Source: Octopus vulgaris (taxonomy: Eukaryota). Taken from it: 64,000 bases of DNA. Each line of letters opens with the position of its first letter. Positions within the stretch are counted from its first letter, which is position 1. Made by a program: the position numbers and the translations under genes. This document shows, in pieces, positions 27,751 to 42,717 of this stretch. The stretch is from the NCBI GenBank assembly GCA_951406725.2, contig OX597818.1, positions 67,890,001 through 67,954,000 of the forward strand, in the 5' to 3' direction. The notes under the pieces were generated by a model that did not search any database, was not told the DNA's origin, and saw nothing but the letters and a program-made list of their open reading frames with translations.

Positions 27751-28039
27751 CTTGTGTGTGTGTGTTTGTGTGTATGTGTACATCGACGAAAATCTTTTCG
27801 TACCAACACACCTGAGACAGCCTTAGTTGCTCTGTTTAAAGTGACGTTAGCTAAAACCTCCCATTACAATTTCATCTTAATCTAAATTTCAAATGCCAGC
27901 CTATAAGGGCAATTTTACTTCACAAAATCTGTTGTTGTTTTCAAAATTCACTGATCGCATCTTTCTTCAGAAAAATGGTAACAAAATTATAAATGATGAT
28001 CTCTTTGTTAATCTTCTGCTGATTTTGTCTACAGACGGA

Positions 28040-28485
28040 ATTTCTTGACGGACGTTTCTCTTACTTGAAGCTGCTTTCCATCTGCTGCATAGGCAGGGGT
28101 TTATCTTGATCGTCGTTCATTGGCTTTTGAAACTCTCTTTTAATATTGTTATCGATTCGCTTAATTCCTTGTCAATGTTAATTTTGGTTGATCTTTTATG
28201 ACGATAGGTTTTTATCATTTTATTATTCTGTGGCTTGTTGAATGAGGATTTCAACGATGTACTTTTAATCCAGGTAGTGTATATGGTCGATTATTTCAAA
28301 GAAGAGATTTAACTGTCTTCATGGCCATGTTGGGTTTTAATTGTTTCCTTTAAACCCGTCTTTTTATTTGCTCTGATGCCATGTTAGTATCAGGTCTGCT
28401 GAGAATCTGTCTCTGACATCAACTCACTCTTAACTTCGCCGGGCCACCTTCCATCCACGTCAGTATTGCTGCTTACCTCTCTCCT
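28040..28485 (-). mobile_element. Decayed RTE-like LINE 3' fragment
   Basis: Remnant coding-like sequence ending ...W(K)AAS(S)..; heavily mutated. Confidence 0.4.
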
Positions 28486-28489
28486 GAGC

Positions 28490-28785
28490 TAGCTGCACAT
28501 CATACAGTGGTTAGCGCGCTGCACTCACGATCGCCGCGAGATCCTGATTTCAATTCCTAGATCAGGTGGTGCGTCGTGTACTTGAGCCAAAACGCTTCAT
28601 CTCACATTGATATCACTCTGGCACCTGATGCCTGATACACCACGCACCTGTTCAAGCAACATCGATTTGATGGAGAGAGTGAGCTAACGTGCGGCACGAA
28701 CATTTGATCCCCATAAACAAATCGGTTGTGCAGGTTATTTGGTACGGGTTGAACTCTCATATATCGTCTCTGTCGGGATCATTCC
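28490..28785 (+). mobile_element. tRNA-derived SINE (head related to family D)
   Basis: cagtggttagcgcgctgcactcacgatcg..gatttcaattcctagatcagg..gtgtacttgagccaaaac. Confidence 0.6.
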
Positions 28786-28915
28786 TTGTGATCCAACAAT
28801 CACTAATATTGTAAAGGCCTTCAAACGTCACATTTTCCCGATTTCGTTGAAAAAATATTTTAAAAAAAATTTGAGTTTCCCAAATTCCTTCGCTAAAATA
28901 TTGCTGTTGCCATTG

Positions 28916-28971
<56 letters not shown>

Positions 28972-29009
28972 GTTATTGTTATTATTATTATTATTATTAT
29001 TATAATTAA

Positions 29010-29079
<70 letters not shown>

Positions 29080-29456
29080 TTTATCAGTGTTGTTGTTGTT
29101 GCTAAAAGATGGTTCAATAGCTGCTGAAAGCAACAAGACATAATTTGTATACTTTCTGATATACAAAACGGAAAGATTATTGTGAAAAGTAGTTGTATAT
29201 CTCACACCCACGCCTACAGGTAAAAAAAACCAAACAAACAAAAACACGCAACAAGCAATGAATTTAACACACACACGGAATATGTTTATATAAGTGTATG
29301 CGTGTGTGCGTGTTTCTGCGTGTGGATGTATGTATGTATATAAGTATTTGTGTGTATATAAATATTTTTGTATGTAACATATACATATATAAGTATGTAT
29401 CTTTCTCTCTCTCTCTCTATATATATATACATATATAAGTATGTATCTCTCTCTCT

Positions 29457-29514
<58 letters not shown>

Positions 29515-29538
29515 TATGCATCTATTTGCAAATGTATG

Positions 29539-29595
<57 letters not shown>

Positions 29596-30098
29596 CTATA
29601 TATGTATGTATATATCGATATATATATATATGTACGTATGTATATATATATATATATGTGTGTGTATATATGTATGTATGTATATGAAAGGATAATAAAA
29701 GAAACTGTAAACTGTCAACGATAACAACAATACAAAGAACTAAGAAATCAACAACAAAAGAAAGAGGACAGCATTAAAGCATTAATCAGTGATGAGACAC
29801 TAATGAAGTACTGGATTATTTAGTTTTTTTTTTTCCTTGGTTTTTCAATACATTTTTTTTCTTTTATTATTCTCTCACACTGACCCTCACCACCACCATT
29901 TATCATCTCCTCTTCCCCCACCCTTTCCGCTTTACGTTCGAGATGATATCAATTGATTTTCTACACCCTCCCCTCTCCCCCCACCACCACCTCATCCCCG
30001 TATGGACAGCAGTGATTTACTGCGGAGCTAGAAGCATTAAAACTAACAGAAGTATCTGAAACAACAGCTTGTCAAACGTTTCTTTCCGATATACATAC

Positions 30099-30132
<34 letters not shown>

Positions 30133-30157
30133 ATGTGTGTGTATAAATATACATATG

Positions 30158-30353
<196 letters not shown>

Positions 30354-30356
30354 CAC

Positions 30357-30447
<91 letters not shown>

Positions 30448-30949
30448 AATATATACTTATATACGTGTGTGTGTGTGTGCGTGCATCAATGTCATTGGAG
30501 TTGTTATATATTTCGAGGGATAATTTGATTGGCTTCCGTGGCGTAAAATTATTGGAAAAAAATAGTTGCTCTGCTAATAAGACAAAAGACTTGGTCAAAT
30601 CAGTTTGTATACTAATTTTCTTACCAGGATGAGACAAAGAAAAAAACTAATATGGAAATATAATGATGTTAATGCTAACAATTATCTCTCCTCCACTCCT
30701 CACTCTCGACCACTTCCTGTCTGGCTCTCTCTCTCTCTCTCCTCGCTTTATCTTCTCTCTCTCTCTGTCTCTCTCTCTCTCTCTCAATCGCTCTCACTGT
30801 TGCTTCTCTTTTGTTCATGCTTAAATGTTCACGCAGCTTGATTAACTCTTTCCGAAAAGAATACCATTTGCCTGAGTAATAAAAGCACAAATATTAAAAT
30901 GAAGGATACGTATGTTTATGTGAGGTGGGTGGGAGTATGTAGCGATGTA

Positions 30950-31025
<76 letters not shown>

Positions 31026-31897
31026 TGTGTGTATGCATGTATGTGTGTATAAATGTGTGTATGTATGTATGTACGTATGTATGTATGTGTGTATAAATGT
31101 ATGAGTGTATGTGTGTATGTGTGTATGTATGTATGTGTGTATGTATGCATGTGTGTATGTATGTGTGTATGCATGAATGTGTGTATGTATGTATGTATGC
31201 GCATATGTATGTATGTATGAATCTGAGTGTATATATGTACGTATGTATGAGTGTATAAGTGTATGTATATATGTATATACGTACGTATGACGTATGTATG
31301 TATGTGTGTATGTATGTATATGAGTATTTATGCACTTATGTATGTATTTGTGTGTGCATGTACGTATGATTATGTGTATGAGTATATGTGTATATATGTA
31401 CGTAAGTATGTATAAGTGTATGAGTGTATGTATGTACGCCCGTATTTATGTATACTTCAATACGTATACTTGTATGCATGTGTGTATGTAATATTTATAC
31501 GAGTTCGTAAAGGTGTGCACGTATGCATATATGTACTTATGTACGTATGTATGTATGTTATGTGTGTATGAAAATGTGTGTCTCCTTACTTTGACAACTA
31601 GCAATAACTGTAAACGAACGTCACCGTCATACAACTGGTGTTGTTTGATTCCAATTTTCCGTGAAAATACCTCTGGATATGAGAGAATATTACCTTTTAT
31701 AAACAGATGAGTGTTGGCAGCTGTATGCGTCTTGTGTCTCTTGAACTTTTTATCTTCAAAACAGACAAGGGTAAATACAGGTGTACAACTCTGGAATCCA
31801 AAGATGAACAAAATGCAGGATGTTCCATTAAATTTATACAAACCTTTTAGACTAGCATTCAATCATCATCTTTTAACCATTTTTACTTATTAGGCAA

Positions 31898-32480
31898 AAG
31901 GCAGCGAGCTGGCAGAGACGTTAGCACACCGGGCGAAATGCTTAGCGGTATTTAGTCTGCCGCTACGTTCTGAGTTAAAATTCCGCCGATGCCGACTTTG
32001 CATTTCATCCTTTAGGGATCGATTGAATAATTACCAGTTACGCACTGGAGTCGATGTATTCGACTTAATCCGTTGGTCTGTCCTTGTTTGTCCCCTCTGT
32101 GTTTAGCCCCTTGTGGGTAGTAAAGAAATAGCTATTTCATCTGCCGTTACGTTCTGAGTTCAAATTCCGCCGATGCCGACTTTGCATTTCATCCTTTAGG
32201 GATCGATTAAATAATTACCAGTTACGCACTGGGGTCGATGTATTCGACTTAATCCATTTGTCTGTCCTTGTTTGTCCCTTCTGTGGTTAGCCCCTTGTGG
32301 GTAGTAAAGAAATAGGCAATTCGTCTGTCTTTACCTCTGGTTTCAAATTCTGCCGAGGTCGACTTTGCCTTTCATCCTTTCGAGGGTCGATAGATTAAGC
32401 ACCAACTGCGTACTGGGGTCAATGTAACCTACTGGAACCCTCCCCCCAAATTTCTATCCTTGTGTCTAAAGTAGAAAAGA
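31898..32480 (+). mobile_element. SINE family A tandem multimer (one head plus three bodies)
   Basis: Full copy at 31898-32131, headless repeat at 32132-32315, and a third body with an alternative tail to 32480. Confidence 0.9.
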
Positions 32481-32844
32481 ACACTTATTCAGCAACTCAC
32501 TTTACTTCAGAAACCACGCATCGGTCACCTGACAATAAGTGCACAGACCCTCTTCACTAAACCACTACCGTACCTAATTTTTCTAGACTCATACGATATA
32601 ATTACACTAATCTTACTACTTTAATTATTTTTGCTTCGTACCCACATCCTTATTGCTATCCACCAACTCAAAATTTCAATTATTCTCTCCAATTTCTTCC
32701 TTGTTCTAACCAGACCAACTATTTCCAAACAAAGCAAACTTGTACACATACATTTATGTTCTTTCGACATTACTCCCGCCTTAGTTTGAACTTGAGGCAT
32801 ATAGATAACCTCTTGACATACAGTTCAACAAGCAGTCAAAATAA

Positions 32845-33140
32845 TTAGAATTATTAATATTATTATTTGCCGGAAAACTCTCAGCATATTTTGCCGCATA
32901 TGATGGATAGTGTCAGTTGCCCACACCCAGCAGATTAAGGTGACACTTGTTTATTGAACGAGTTTCAAAAACCCCACGGAGAACTCTTGCGATAAGGATT
33001 TTTGTAGATGTTCTATCTTTACATCTGGACCAATCTTTTTCGGCCATGTTGGTAGTTGTGTGCCGATACTTCCAAGCGCACCAATTACTACTGGCTGCCA
33101 TCACGTCCACTCTCTTCTTTGGCTACAACCTGCGTATTTC
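32845..33140 (-). mobile_element. R4/Dong-clade RLE C-terminal fragment, family 3
   Basis: KRVDVM..PVVIGALGSIGTQLPTWPKKIGPDVKIEHLQKS..ARVLRGVFE. The 3' end runs into degenerate (TAA)n. Confidence 0.7.
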
Positions 33141-33219
33141 CAACTCCAAATCGTCATAGTTGCTCAGTTTTTCTACTTCTTTCTTTTAGATTATTATCAT
33201 TATTATTTTTATTATTAAA

Positions 33220-33415
33220 GCGACGAGCTGACAGCACACTGGACAATTTATTTAGTGCCATTTGATCCTTCTTCACGTTCTGGGTTCAAATTCCACCGAG
33301 GCCGACTTTGCTTTTTATCCTTTCAGGGTCGATGAAATACCGATGAAACATTGGGGTCAATATAATGGACTAGACCATCGCCCCAAATTTGAGACTTCTG
33401 CCTCCGCTAGAAAGA
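33220..33415 (+). mobile_element. SINE family A
   Basis: Matches the family consensus. Confidence 0.7.
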
Positions 33416-33424
33416 ATTCTTCTT

Positions 33425-33540
<116 letters not shown>

Positions 33541-34690
33541 TTCAAGATTGCAGTTACTCTTCCCGAAGGTAGAAAAACAAGAAAAAGAGCTCGATTCTTA
33601 TTGCTAGCAATTAGAGATTGACTGCGTTTCTTTCCAGGTAAAATGACGTCATCAGTCTTCGATCTTTCACAAAATGAAAAAAAACAAAAAGAAAAGAATT
33701 AGGGGAAAAATTATTCAGTCAAAAAGTTTAGTATAAATATGGTGGAATTCTGCTATTTTATTAATCCCCCCACCCAGGTTGAGATGTCAACGGTTCACAA
33801 ATATATCTGTCCTCATGGGTTTTGAGGACTGAAAATGCAGTGGAGTGAGGGTAGTTTTTAAGAATGTGCACCTTCAGGTCTTCCTCAAATTTACACCCGT
33901 TTGATGGGAAATAATCCTTAAGTTCTGTTGAACCACTGTTATTGTGCCTGACGTCGTACCTGTGGCCGTTAAATCTTTTTGGCAATCATTCTTTTGTGCA
34001 AACAACATAAATCATTTTGTGTCTGGTGCATTCCGCTGCATACACGAAATGAGATTCCTTACAGATCCCTCCTTCTGTGTAAATCATAACATGTCTATTA
34101 TAATTCTTGGTGGAATTGGTCTGACTCATGTTGTTTCACAACAAACAGGGTTTATCTCTCTTATGGGTGTTTCTGGGGGTGCGCAGCGTTCAGAAACTCC
34201 AATGGAATTTTTATTAGATGTACTGGTCAATATTTTTCTAATATTTTTATGACGTCTAAAGGCTACAAAAGGCGGAAGAGGAAATATTTGACTGAAATGA
34301 GAATATTTTTTTCTGAAATATGTTGGTAACTCTTATGCAGCACTTTTGAAATGCCAGCGAAACTTCGATGCCAGTTAATCACTAAAGGGATTCGGCCATA
34401 AGCTCTTTCCTGACTGCTAAAATGAGCCGTGAATGTCTGATTATCGTTACTAATTTCAGCTGTCATTCGCGATTTCCTTTAAACGCGATTCACTATAATC
34501 GTGCTTTACATAATGGTGCACAAAGGTATTTGCTTCTTTCCAATAATCTCCAGTGTCTGTGAAAATATGTCTTATCCTTAAAAACTGGGACTTGTGATAT
34601 GATCTGATAGTATGATGTGTATGATCAGAGCGGTGGACGAGATAAATATGGAATGACGTGGGTTTGCAAAATAATTCTGTATCCATCGGC
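33541..34690 (-). mobile_element. Penelope-like element, 3' part (RT C-terminus, linker, GIY-YIG end, 3' pLTR with hammerhead remnant)
   Basis: TELFCKPTSFHIYLVHRSDHTHHTIRSYHKSQFLRIRHIF; RIPLVINWH; PFVAFRRHKNIRKIL; KRFNGHRYD..DLKVHIL..EDRYIC. CTGATGA..GAAACGCAGTC at 33620-33655. Confidence 0.85.
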
Positions 34691-34742
34691 CTTCCGAAAA
34701 TTTGACTCTTGTGTCCAAAATTTCGACGCTAGATGATGATGT

Positions 34743-34777
<35 letters not shown>

Positions 34778-34817
34778 TTGTTGTTGTTGTTGTTGTTGAT
34801 ATTATTATTATTATTAA

Positions 34818-35281
<464 letters not shown>

Positions 35282-35282
35282 A

Positions 35283-35527
<245 letters not shown>

Positions 35528-35534
35528 ATTTCCC

Positions 35535-36760
35535 TTTTATCTTAAGATTTGTCTATGAGCATTATTATACATCATGTCTATCTTGTTATTTTTAAAGCTG
35601 TTTGAGAGCTTTGGTAGCGGTTCTCTATTGATCACGTCATTAAATTCAATCCTGCTGAGTTCTCTCATAATATCTTCTTTTGCTTCTATAATCTTCCCTT
35701 TATTATTCACCTCAAATCCTGTGTCATACGTAATCTGGTGTTCTTGACGCAGGTCTACTTTCTCCTCTTTTTCCGCATATCTGTTCTTTTTTATTCTTTC
35801 TTCAGCCTCATCGTTGCGATGTAGTGTTCGTTCACTGGGCTCTGTGCATTTGTTACCTATTTCATCTGCATTGTAGCTGTTTTCTTTTTTTTTTCTACCA
35901 TGGGATATTTCTACCCTAATTCGTCTAAATTCACTGCCAGTCAACCGGTTATTCTTTATGATGTCTCTATATACATTACCTCATTTATTTGCATCTGTAT
36001 ATATGCGTACTTCGTTGCCTATCTCCAGGAAATGTATATTTGTATAATAAGATTATTGTCTGGAAATAGTTGGGCTCTATAGAGAGCTTTCAACATAACA
36101 CTATAATCCTCTGTAGTCCATTTTACACATTTTGCTGTATGTGGTGTCACTGCAGGTCTCGGGTTACGGTCATCATGGTTAAAGGGCGGTGAGCTGGCAG
36201 AAACGTTAGCACGCCAGGCGAAATGCGTAGCCGTATTTCGTCTCCCGTTACGTTCTGAGTTCAAATTCCGCCGAGGTCGACTTTGCCTCTCATCCTTTCG
36301 GGGTCGATATATTAAGTATCAGTTACGCATTGGGGTCGATGTAATCAACTTAATCCGTTGTCTGTCCTTGTTTGTCCCCTCTGTGTTTAGCCCCTTGTGG
36401 GTAGTAAAGAAATAGGTTATCATGGTTCTGATTACCTGCTAATTCGGTTTGTTTCTTTTTGGGGGGGAGAGTTTATTCCAGCAGCAGACTTTTCTACCCC
36501 AGTCTAATTCACTACTGCGTTACGCAGTCCTTGTCCCGGGAGATGACGGATCCGGCATTGACGGTGACAATAGGAGACGGGTCTGTTTGTTCAAGGTTGA
36601 CTTTTTGACATGACACCGTTTCTTTGTTCTTCTAATGCCTATATTTATCATATCGTAGTCTGATAGTTCGAAAATGGCCTCAATACTTTTGGTAGCTATG
36701 TTTCCGAGCATAACACTTTAATGATGTTTTAAACTGAGTGACTGATTTGCTCCCCTTTAT
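35535..36760 (-). mobile_element. R4/Dong-clade LINE 5' region (N-terminal domain), interrupted by SINE A
   Basis: KCVKWTTEDYSVMLKALYRA..IYISWR / ..YTDANK*GNVYRDIIKNNRLTGSEFRRIR..REPLPKL, a pattern resembling R4/Dong N-termini. Confidence 0.65.
36181..36418 (+). mobile_element. SINE family A, young copy with 9-bp TSD
   Basis: atcatggtt at 36172-36180 and 36419-36427. Confidence 0.9.
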
Positions 36761-37172
36761 ATTTGCGGCAAGTTACTCTGTTTTGTTTGGTGCAGTGTTG
36801 CACGTAACTCGTGTTTTCCTTTTATTTTCTGTGTGCGTTCGAGTGTGACGAGTAGGCATTATTTATGTTGTTTCTTGGAAGCACATTGTTGATTTGATCT
36901 CTTTGTTAAGCGTTGTGTTTGTTTGTTGTTTACACGTTTAACCTCACTGCACCTCGTCTCTGTATCGTCCTCTATGTTCTGTGTTCGGCCCTGGTGGCAA
37001 ATAAAAAAAAGTATTATTTACGTTGCTTGTAAATATCGACATTAGCATATCGATGCATGAACTGCTGCATGTATAGGTAATTATTCAATTTACGTATTTA
37101 CTGTGTAATTAGAGTGTTTTTCCAGGGTCCCTGGTGCTCGTTTCGACGTCTGTTAGCATTATTATAACTATT

Positions 37173-37203
<31 letters not shown>

Positions 37204-37209
37204 TTATTA

Positions 37210-37274
<65 letters not shown>

Positions 37275-37942
37275 GTTATTATTATTGTTATTATAATTGT
37301 TATTGTTATTGTTGTTGTTGTTGTTATAATTATCATCCGATCAATAACAATTATAATGAAACCGATATGCGTCAATAATCGACCTAATCGTTCGAAGCGT
37401 GATAATGTTTCTGCAGCAAATATTAAAAACACCCGTTCTACAACAATTCGAAACTAAATCTTATCTACAAATTTTCGACGTTGTCCTGCAAGCAATAAAC
37501 ATGTATTTTTTCAGAACTTGCGGTCATTTATCCATTTTTTTATTTTTTTTTTTATTTTGGTTGTGTGGGGCGCATAGTACACATGTAAGTGTGTGTGTAT
37601 TTGTATTTGTGTGTATCAAAGTGTTTATGTCACCGAAACTGATTAATAACGGACATAAGTAAATAATTATAAGGGTCTGTTTGTTCGAGAACACTTTTCA
37701 CAATGTTGGCCCCACATTTCTGCTCTTGAAGGACTGAAACAAGCAAAAGAACGAATGGACAAATTTTATTGACTTTCTTTTTTTTGTTTTGCCTTTTTTC
37801 TTTTTTTTTTCTTGTTATTTCTTTATTTGAGTTTTGTAGAAACGGTTTGAAGAGTTTGCGTTGAACTTGAAACTTTGCACGCGAATTCATTTCCATTCTA
37901 GATATAATATTTCATGTATATGTATTATTGCATGTGGTGGGC

Positions 37943-37977
<35 letters not shown>

Positions 37978-38335
37978 AGAAGGAGAAGAAGAAGAAGAAG
38001 AAGAAGAAGAAGGAGGAGGAGGAGGAGGAGGAGGAGGAGGAGGAGACGGTGAAGGAAAATGAGAAGAAACAGAACAACAGTAAGAACAAGAAGAAGAAGA
38101 ACAGCGACAAAGCAATGGTGACAGAGTGCTGAAACCGATTATCAACAAGGTGGTTGCAAATTCCAACAACGAACTTTATCAAAGCTAAAAATATTAACTG
38201 ATTTTCTGCATGGACTTCCTCGGATGTAATTGGCGAATGGAGCATAAACATATTTCTCTCTCTTTCGCTTTCTCTCTCTTTCTATTTCTCTTTCTCTCCT
38301 CTCTTCCAACCTGTACTTATGCATGCATGTATGCA

Positions 38336-38369
<34 letters not shown>

Positions 38370-38609
38370 ATCATCATAATACATATGTATATTATTGAGT
38401 CAAATGTTTTACAATATTATTGTCCTGATTGCTTTATTCCTTACGTCACCCCAGAAGCAGCCAGGCATTCAAATTAGACGACATCGTTTGCATCATTTGA
38501 AGTCTCCTTTCTGTTAGATAATAATTCTTGTCCTTCAATGCAAAGAACTCCACTGAAGTTTCTATCTCCTCTTAGTTGATGAAGCATACATACTTATCTG
38601 CATACATAC

Positions 38610-39230
38610 AAACGAGTATGGAATGAGTAGGTGTATGGTGGAATGTCCAAGTGAAAAATCTTAATAAAATGTAAGCACAACAAACATGATATAATGATTT
38701 GGGATTGAGAAGAGAAATTGTGCGCAGTTGTGGAAATCAGCCGCCTAGCAGATGTTAACATATATCTGAAGATCAGTGAAAAAGAGAACACCTACGCTGG
38801 CCTAATGAGAAATCTGCAGTTACTCTATCCAGATTACATGTTCAGGTTTATACCTGTAGTTATTGGGGCCCTGGGATATGTAACATCCCTTGTCTATACA
38901 CCATTCTGGAGAAATTAGGCTTCTCAAACCCAGAAAATAGAAAGTTAATTCGAAGACTACAGATCCAATCCATCACTGGAACTATAAAAATCTGTAAAAC
39001 TTTCCAGAAGCGTATCATTTAAATATATATGAGCATTTCTAGATATGCAACTATATATATGAGAATACATACATAAAAGGAAACATTAAAATCTGAACAT
39101 ACATACATGCATGCATACAAAAGCATCCTGTTATCGATGTTGAAATTCCAATGAGGGAGCCTTGAATCTAGATTAGAAACTGACTCTTTCTTTATTGGCA
39201 AGAAATCTTGAAATAAATCTGAGCAATGAC
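38610..39230 (+). mobile_element. R4-clade RLE 3' fragment, family 2, flanked by (CATA)n
   Basis: WWNV..KCKHNKHDIMIWD..LCAVVEIS..ADVN..KISEKENTY..L..NLQLLYPDY.FRFIPVVIGALG..LQIQSITGTIKICKTF. Confidence 0.8.
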
Positions 39231-39514
39231 ATACATGTATGTATGTATGTATGTATGGATAGATTGATGGATGGATGTATAGTTTATTACTGAAAAGTTA
39301 ACTAAATCAAATAAAGGCGTTTTAATATTTTTTTTGCTGTAACACATACAAATGGCCACGGAATGTAGCAATGTTCCTTCAATAATCAATTGATGCAAAT
39401 AAGAGTAGCTTAACGAAAACGAAACCCATCGTTTCTCGACTTGGAATTCTCTGTTGTTTGAGTGCAAACAAAAACAATAAAGAAAGTATTATGAAATTGT
39501 TATTTGTATCCCGA

Positions 39515-39680
39515 ACGTGGCACTCCGTCGGTTATGACGAACGAGTGTACCAGTTGATCTGAGCGATGGAACAGCCTGCTCGTGAAATTAACGTCCAAGT
39601 GGCTGAGCACTCCACAGACATCCTTAACGTAGTTATCGGGGAGATTCAGCGTGACACTGTGTGACTAGACTGGCCATTTT
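39515..39680 (-). mobile_element. SINE family D 3' fragment
   Basis: ggcactccgtcggtta..aacagcctgctcgtgaaattaacg. Other fragments at 21655-21730 and 55965-55992. Confidence 0.8.
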
Positions 39681-40551
39681 TACTGGGTAAAAAGAAACCT
39701 CAATAATTCCATTTTATGTAAAAATGTACTTTATGAATGCGGAAGAAAAGTGAAGTATTTTGGTGTTAACAAATAAGGAGACTAATTACCAAAAATAAAA
39801 GGAAAATAAATCAGCATTAAAAGGCAACAATCCATTTTACAAAAGAATATTTTAATTGAAAGGTTAGCGAATTGCAATGTGTCGATAATATAAGTATATA
39901 TAGGATGACCTTGAAGCTATTGAGTGGAGAACTTAAGCAGAAAGTGTAAAGTTATATCAAAAGATACCCAAACGAAAACTAGATAACGTATCACCCTACA
40001 TAGGTTTGTTTAATGCTTCCATTACTTTTCAGGAATTTTTTCCCTTTATTAAGTACAAGGTAGAAAATAATACAAGAGTTCGGAGAAAATTGTTTATAAT
40101 CAGCACACGATTTATTTTTAATGAAGCAATATACAATCTAAAGATTTGAAAATCAGTGAGATGGAATGTAAGCGCAACATATACAAATTTAGTAATGGAT
40201 AATCGAGATGAGATTTTGTGAGTCATGTAGGCAAAAATAGGAAAATCCTTTTTACAATGACTTGACGAAAAATTCGAAAAGATTGTTACACGGTTGTTTT
40301 ATCTCAGTCATTTTGGATAGGCTTTCTGAATTAATGATACGCATGATAGCATTAACAATATCATTTAGCGTATCATATATGAAGTACAGCAAGGATATAG
40401 ATGTAGGTCTGAAAATCCTGAAAATAATCCAGACATTATTAAGAAGCAACAGAGCTGAAGTAATTCTTACTTTTCCTTTTATACTATTCAAAACATTAGA
40501 ATCAATATTGCAGTCAATATAGTTAAAAGGATATATATGTATATATATATA

Positions 40552-40618
<67 letters not shown>

Positions 40619-41194
40619 TTATATATATACATCAGAGAATCACATCTGACAACAAGAAAGAGTGACTAAACGAAGTAAATATATATTTTGAATGAGAGGC
40701 GATATCTGGCGACATCGTTCGGCTATGAAAAAGGGATAACAGAAGTAATACAAGTTATTGATTTAAGAGCTGCAAAAATAAAGCACAAATGGTTTAACTA
40801 ATATTTCAACGCTGAACACTAGGAATATTAGGGGTTTTAATATATTTGGTGAGAATGAATTACTTTCTAAAGCAGGATCCAAATATTTGTGAAATCTGTT
40901 CTCATTTCTAAGGGATAATTAAAAGGAAAAACAGTAAGGATAACTTTCTACAAAGGCTCAACTCTCTGTCAAAATTACATCAAACTCGACAGAAACAAAA
41001 TGCAAGAAATCCAAACCGATCATTAACACTGGTTTCAAATCTTGGCACAAGGCCAGCAACTTTGGAGTAAGGTCAAAGTTGATTATATCCAACCCAGTAT
41101 ATGACTGGTACTTATTTTATCAACCCAGAAATGATAAATGACGAACTTGCCCTTGGAAAGATGACTCCGCCAGATCGCCGTTTGAGTAGGTCAT

Positions 41195-41675
41195 TAATAT
41201 GGAGCTCCTTTGGCATGTGATCTATAAGGGAGATTACTTTAGGTTACTCTTGAAAGGATTTTGTACATACTTAGCATTGGAAAATGTATTTTTCAAACTT
41301 CTTACTATTCTAATAATGCGAAAACCATATAATAATTAAAATAAGAGCATAGATCACCCTCCAAAGTAAATTTGCTCACGTAGATCACACGGAAAGTAAT
41401 ATTAATATAATGTAAACTAAAAAGTAACCAAAAATAATCTCCGTTTAAAATTGTAGATTACACGGCAAAGCGGCGCGTTTCTTTTTCTTAAGAAATTATG
41501 TGAATTTATTGCTGGTTTCTTGTAAAAATGCATCTGCCTTCGTCACGTTGCTAGTCACATTGTAAAAGTCTTTAGCCAACATCTTTCGGATTTTTAGAAA
41601 TCGAAAAGTAAACTGGAACGTAACCCAAAGTAATCTTCCTTGTAGATCCCTCACCAAAGGGGCACCCATTAATAT
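41195..41675. mobile_element. MITE with ~50-bp imperfect TIRs
   Basis: atggagctcctttggcatgtgatctataagggagattactttaggttac versus gtaacccaaagtaatcttccttgtagatccctcaccaaaggggcacccat. Confidence 0.7.
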
Positions 41676-42659
41676 TAATGAATCTGAAAGTTTAGAATTC
41701 CATGAAAAAAATTAAAGTAAAAACATAATTCTTTTAAACAGTAGTCAGGAAAATGATTTTATATTATAACATGTTGGGAACTGCAAGAATAACATTCGCC
41801 AAAACAGATTTCTCCATTACAATAGATATAATGCTTCACCGACAACAAATTCTTTTCCAGAAGGGTAGGAAAATACCATTCAGTGAACATTCTGATTGTT
41901 GTGCTGGAAGGCAGCAACCGAAATTTGAAATATTCCCATTATATAAATGTCTGGAAAAAACTCAAAAGAAACAGCAAAGACATTTTTTTTGAGAAATATA
42001 AATTTGAATCATAATTAATTAAAACAATTTGTTTTTAGCTTAAATAACATTATTTGCTCACGTATATGCACAGACGTCGCTTCTAGTAAAGTAAATAACA
42101 CTTCTTTTCTTGTTAATTTATGTGTATGTCATTAACCTTTCTTACATCCATGGCATTTAACCGAGCATTTTAGAGGGTAACGCACGTAGCGTTTCTTCGA
42201 TTATTTCCTACTTTGTTACAAGTTTGTCGGGAAAATGGCATTTAATAATATATAATGGCTGCATAATGTATGACTTCATTTTAGGCATATCACCCTTTTA
42301 TTTATATATGTGTGTGATTGTGTGTGTGTGTGAGTGAGTTTATAGGTACACACATGGGTATCACAACAGCAGGCTAACAACAAAATGGATCTTGCAATGA
42401 TTATCGTCCATGCGAAGTGAAGTTTGTTTGCAAGAATTTACTTCGAATATGTAATAAAGTACCTTCAAATACTTTTATTAAGTACAAAAGAAAATGTGCA
42501 TTTTCAGATCAAGTTTCCGGTTCATACGTTCGGGTAAGATAAAATAAAGTACCAATCACATATTGCAATCCATGAAATCGATTAGCACAAGCCTCTAAAA
42601 ATGGTTGGTCTTGAGATAAAATCAGAGGCAATTTTTATGTAGTATTTCCCTCTGCGTAT

Positions 42660-42712
<53 letters not shown>

Positions 42713-42717
42713 CGCAT

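Noticed and set aside
39750-41030. Possible ancient RTE reverse-transcriptase remnant (HGCFIS..YSKD)
   Set aside because: Too degenerate to support by eye; the same applies to APE-like traces at 44500-45030 and 48850-49480.
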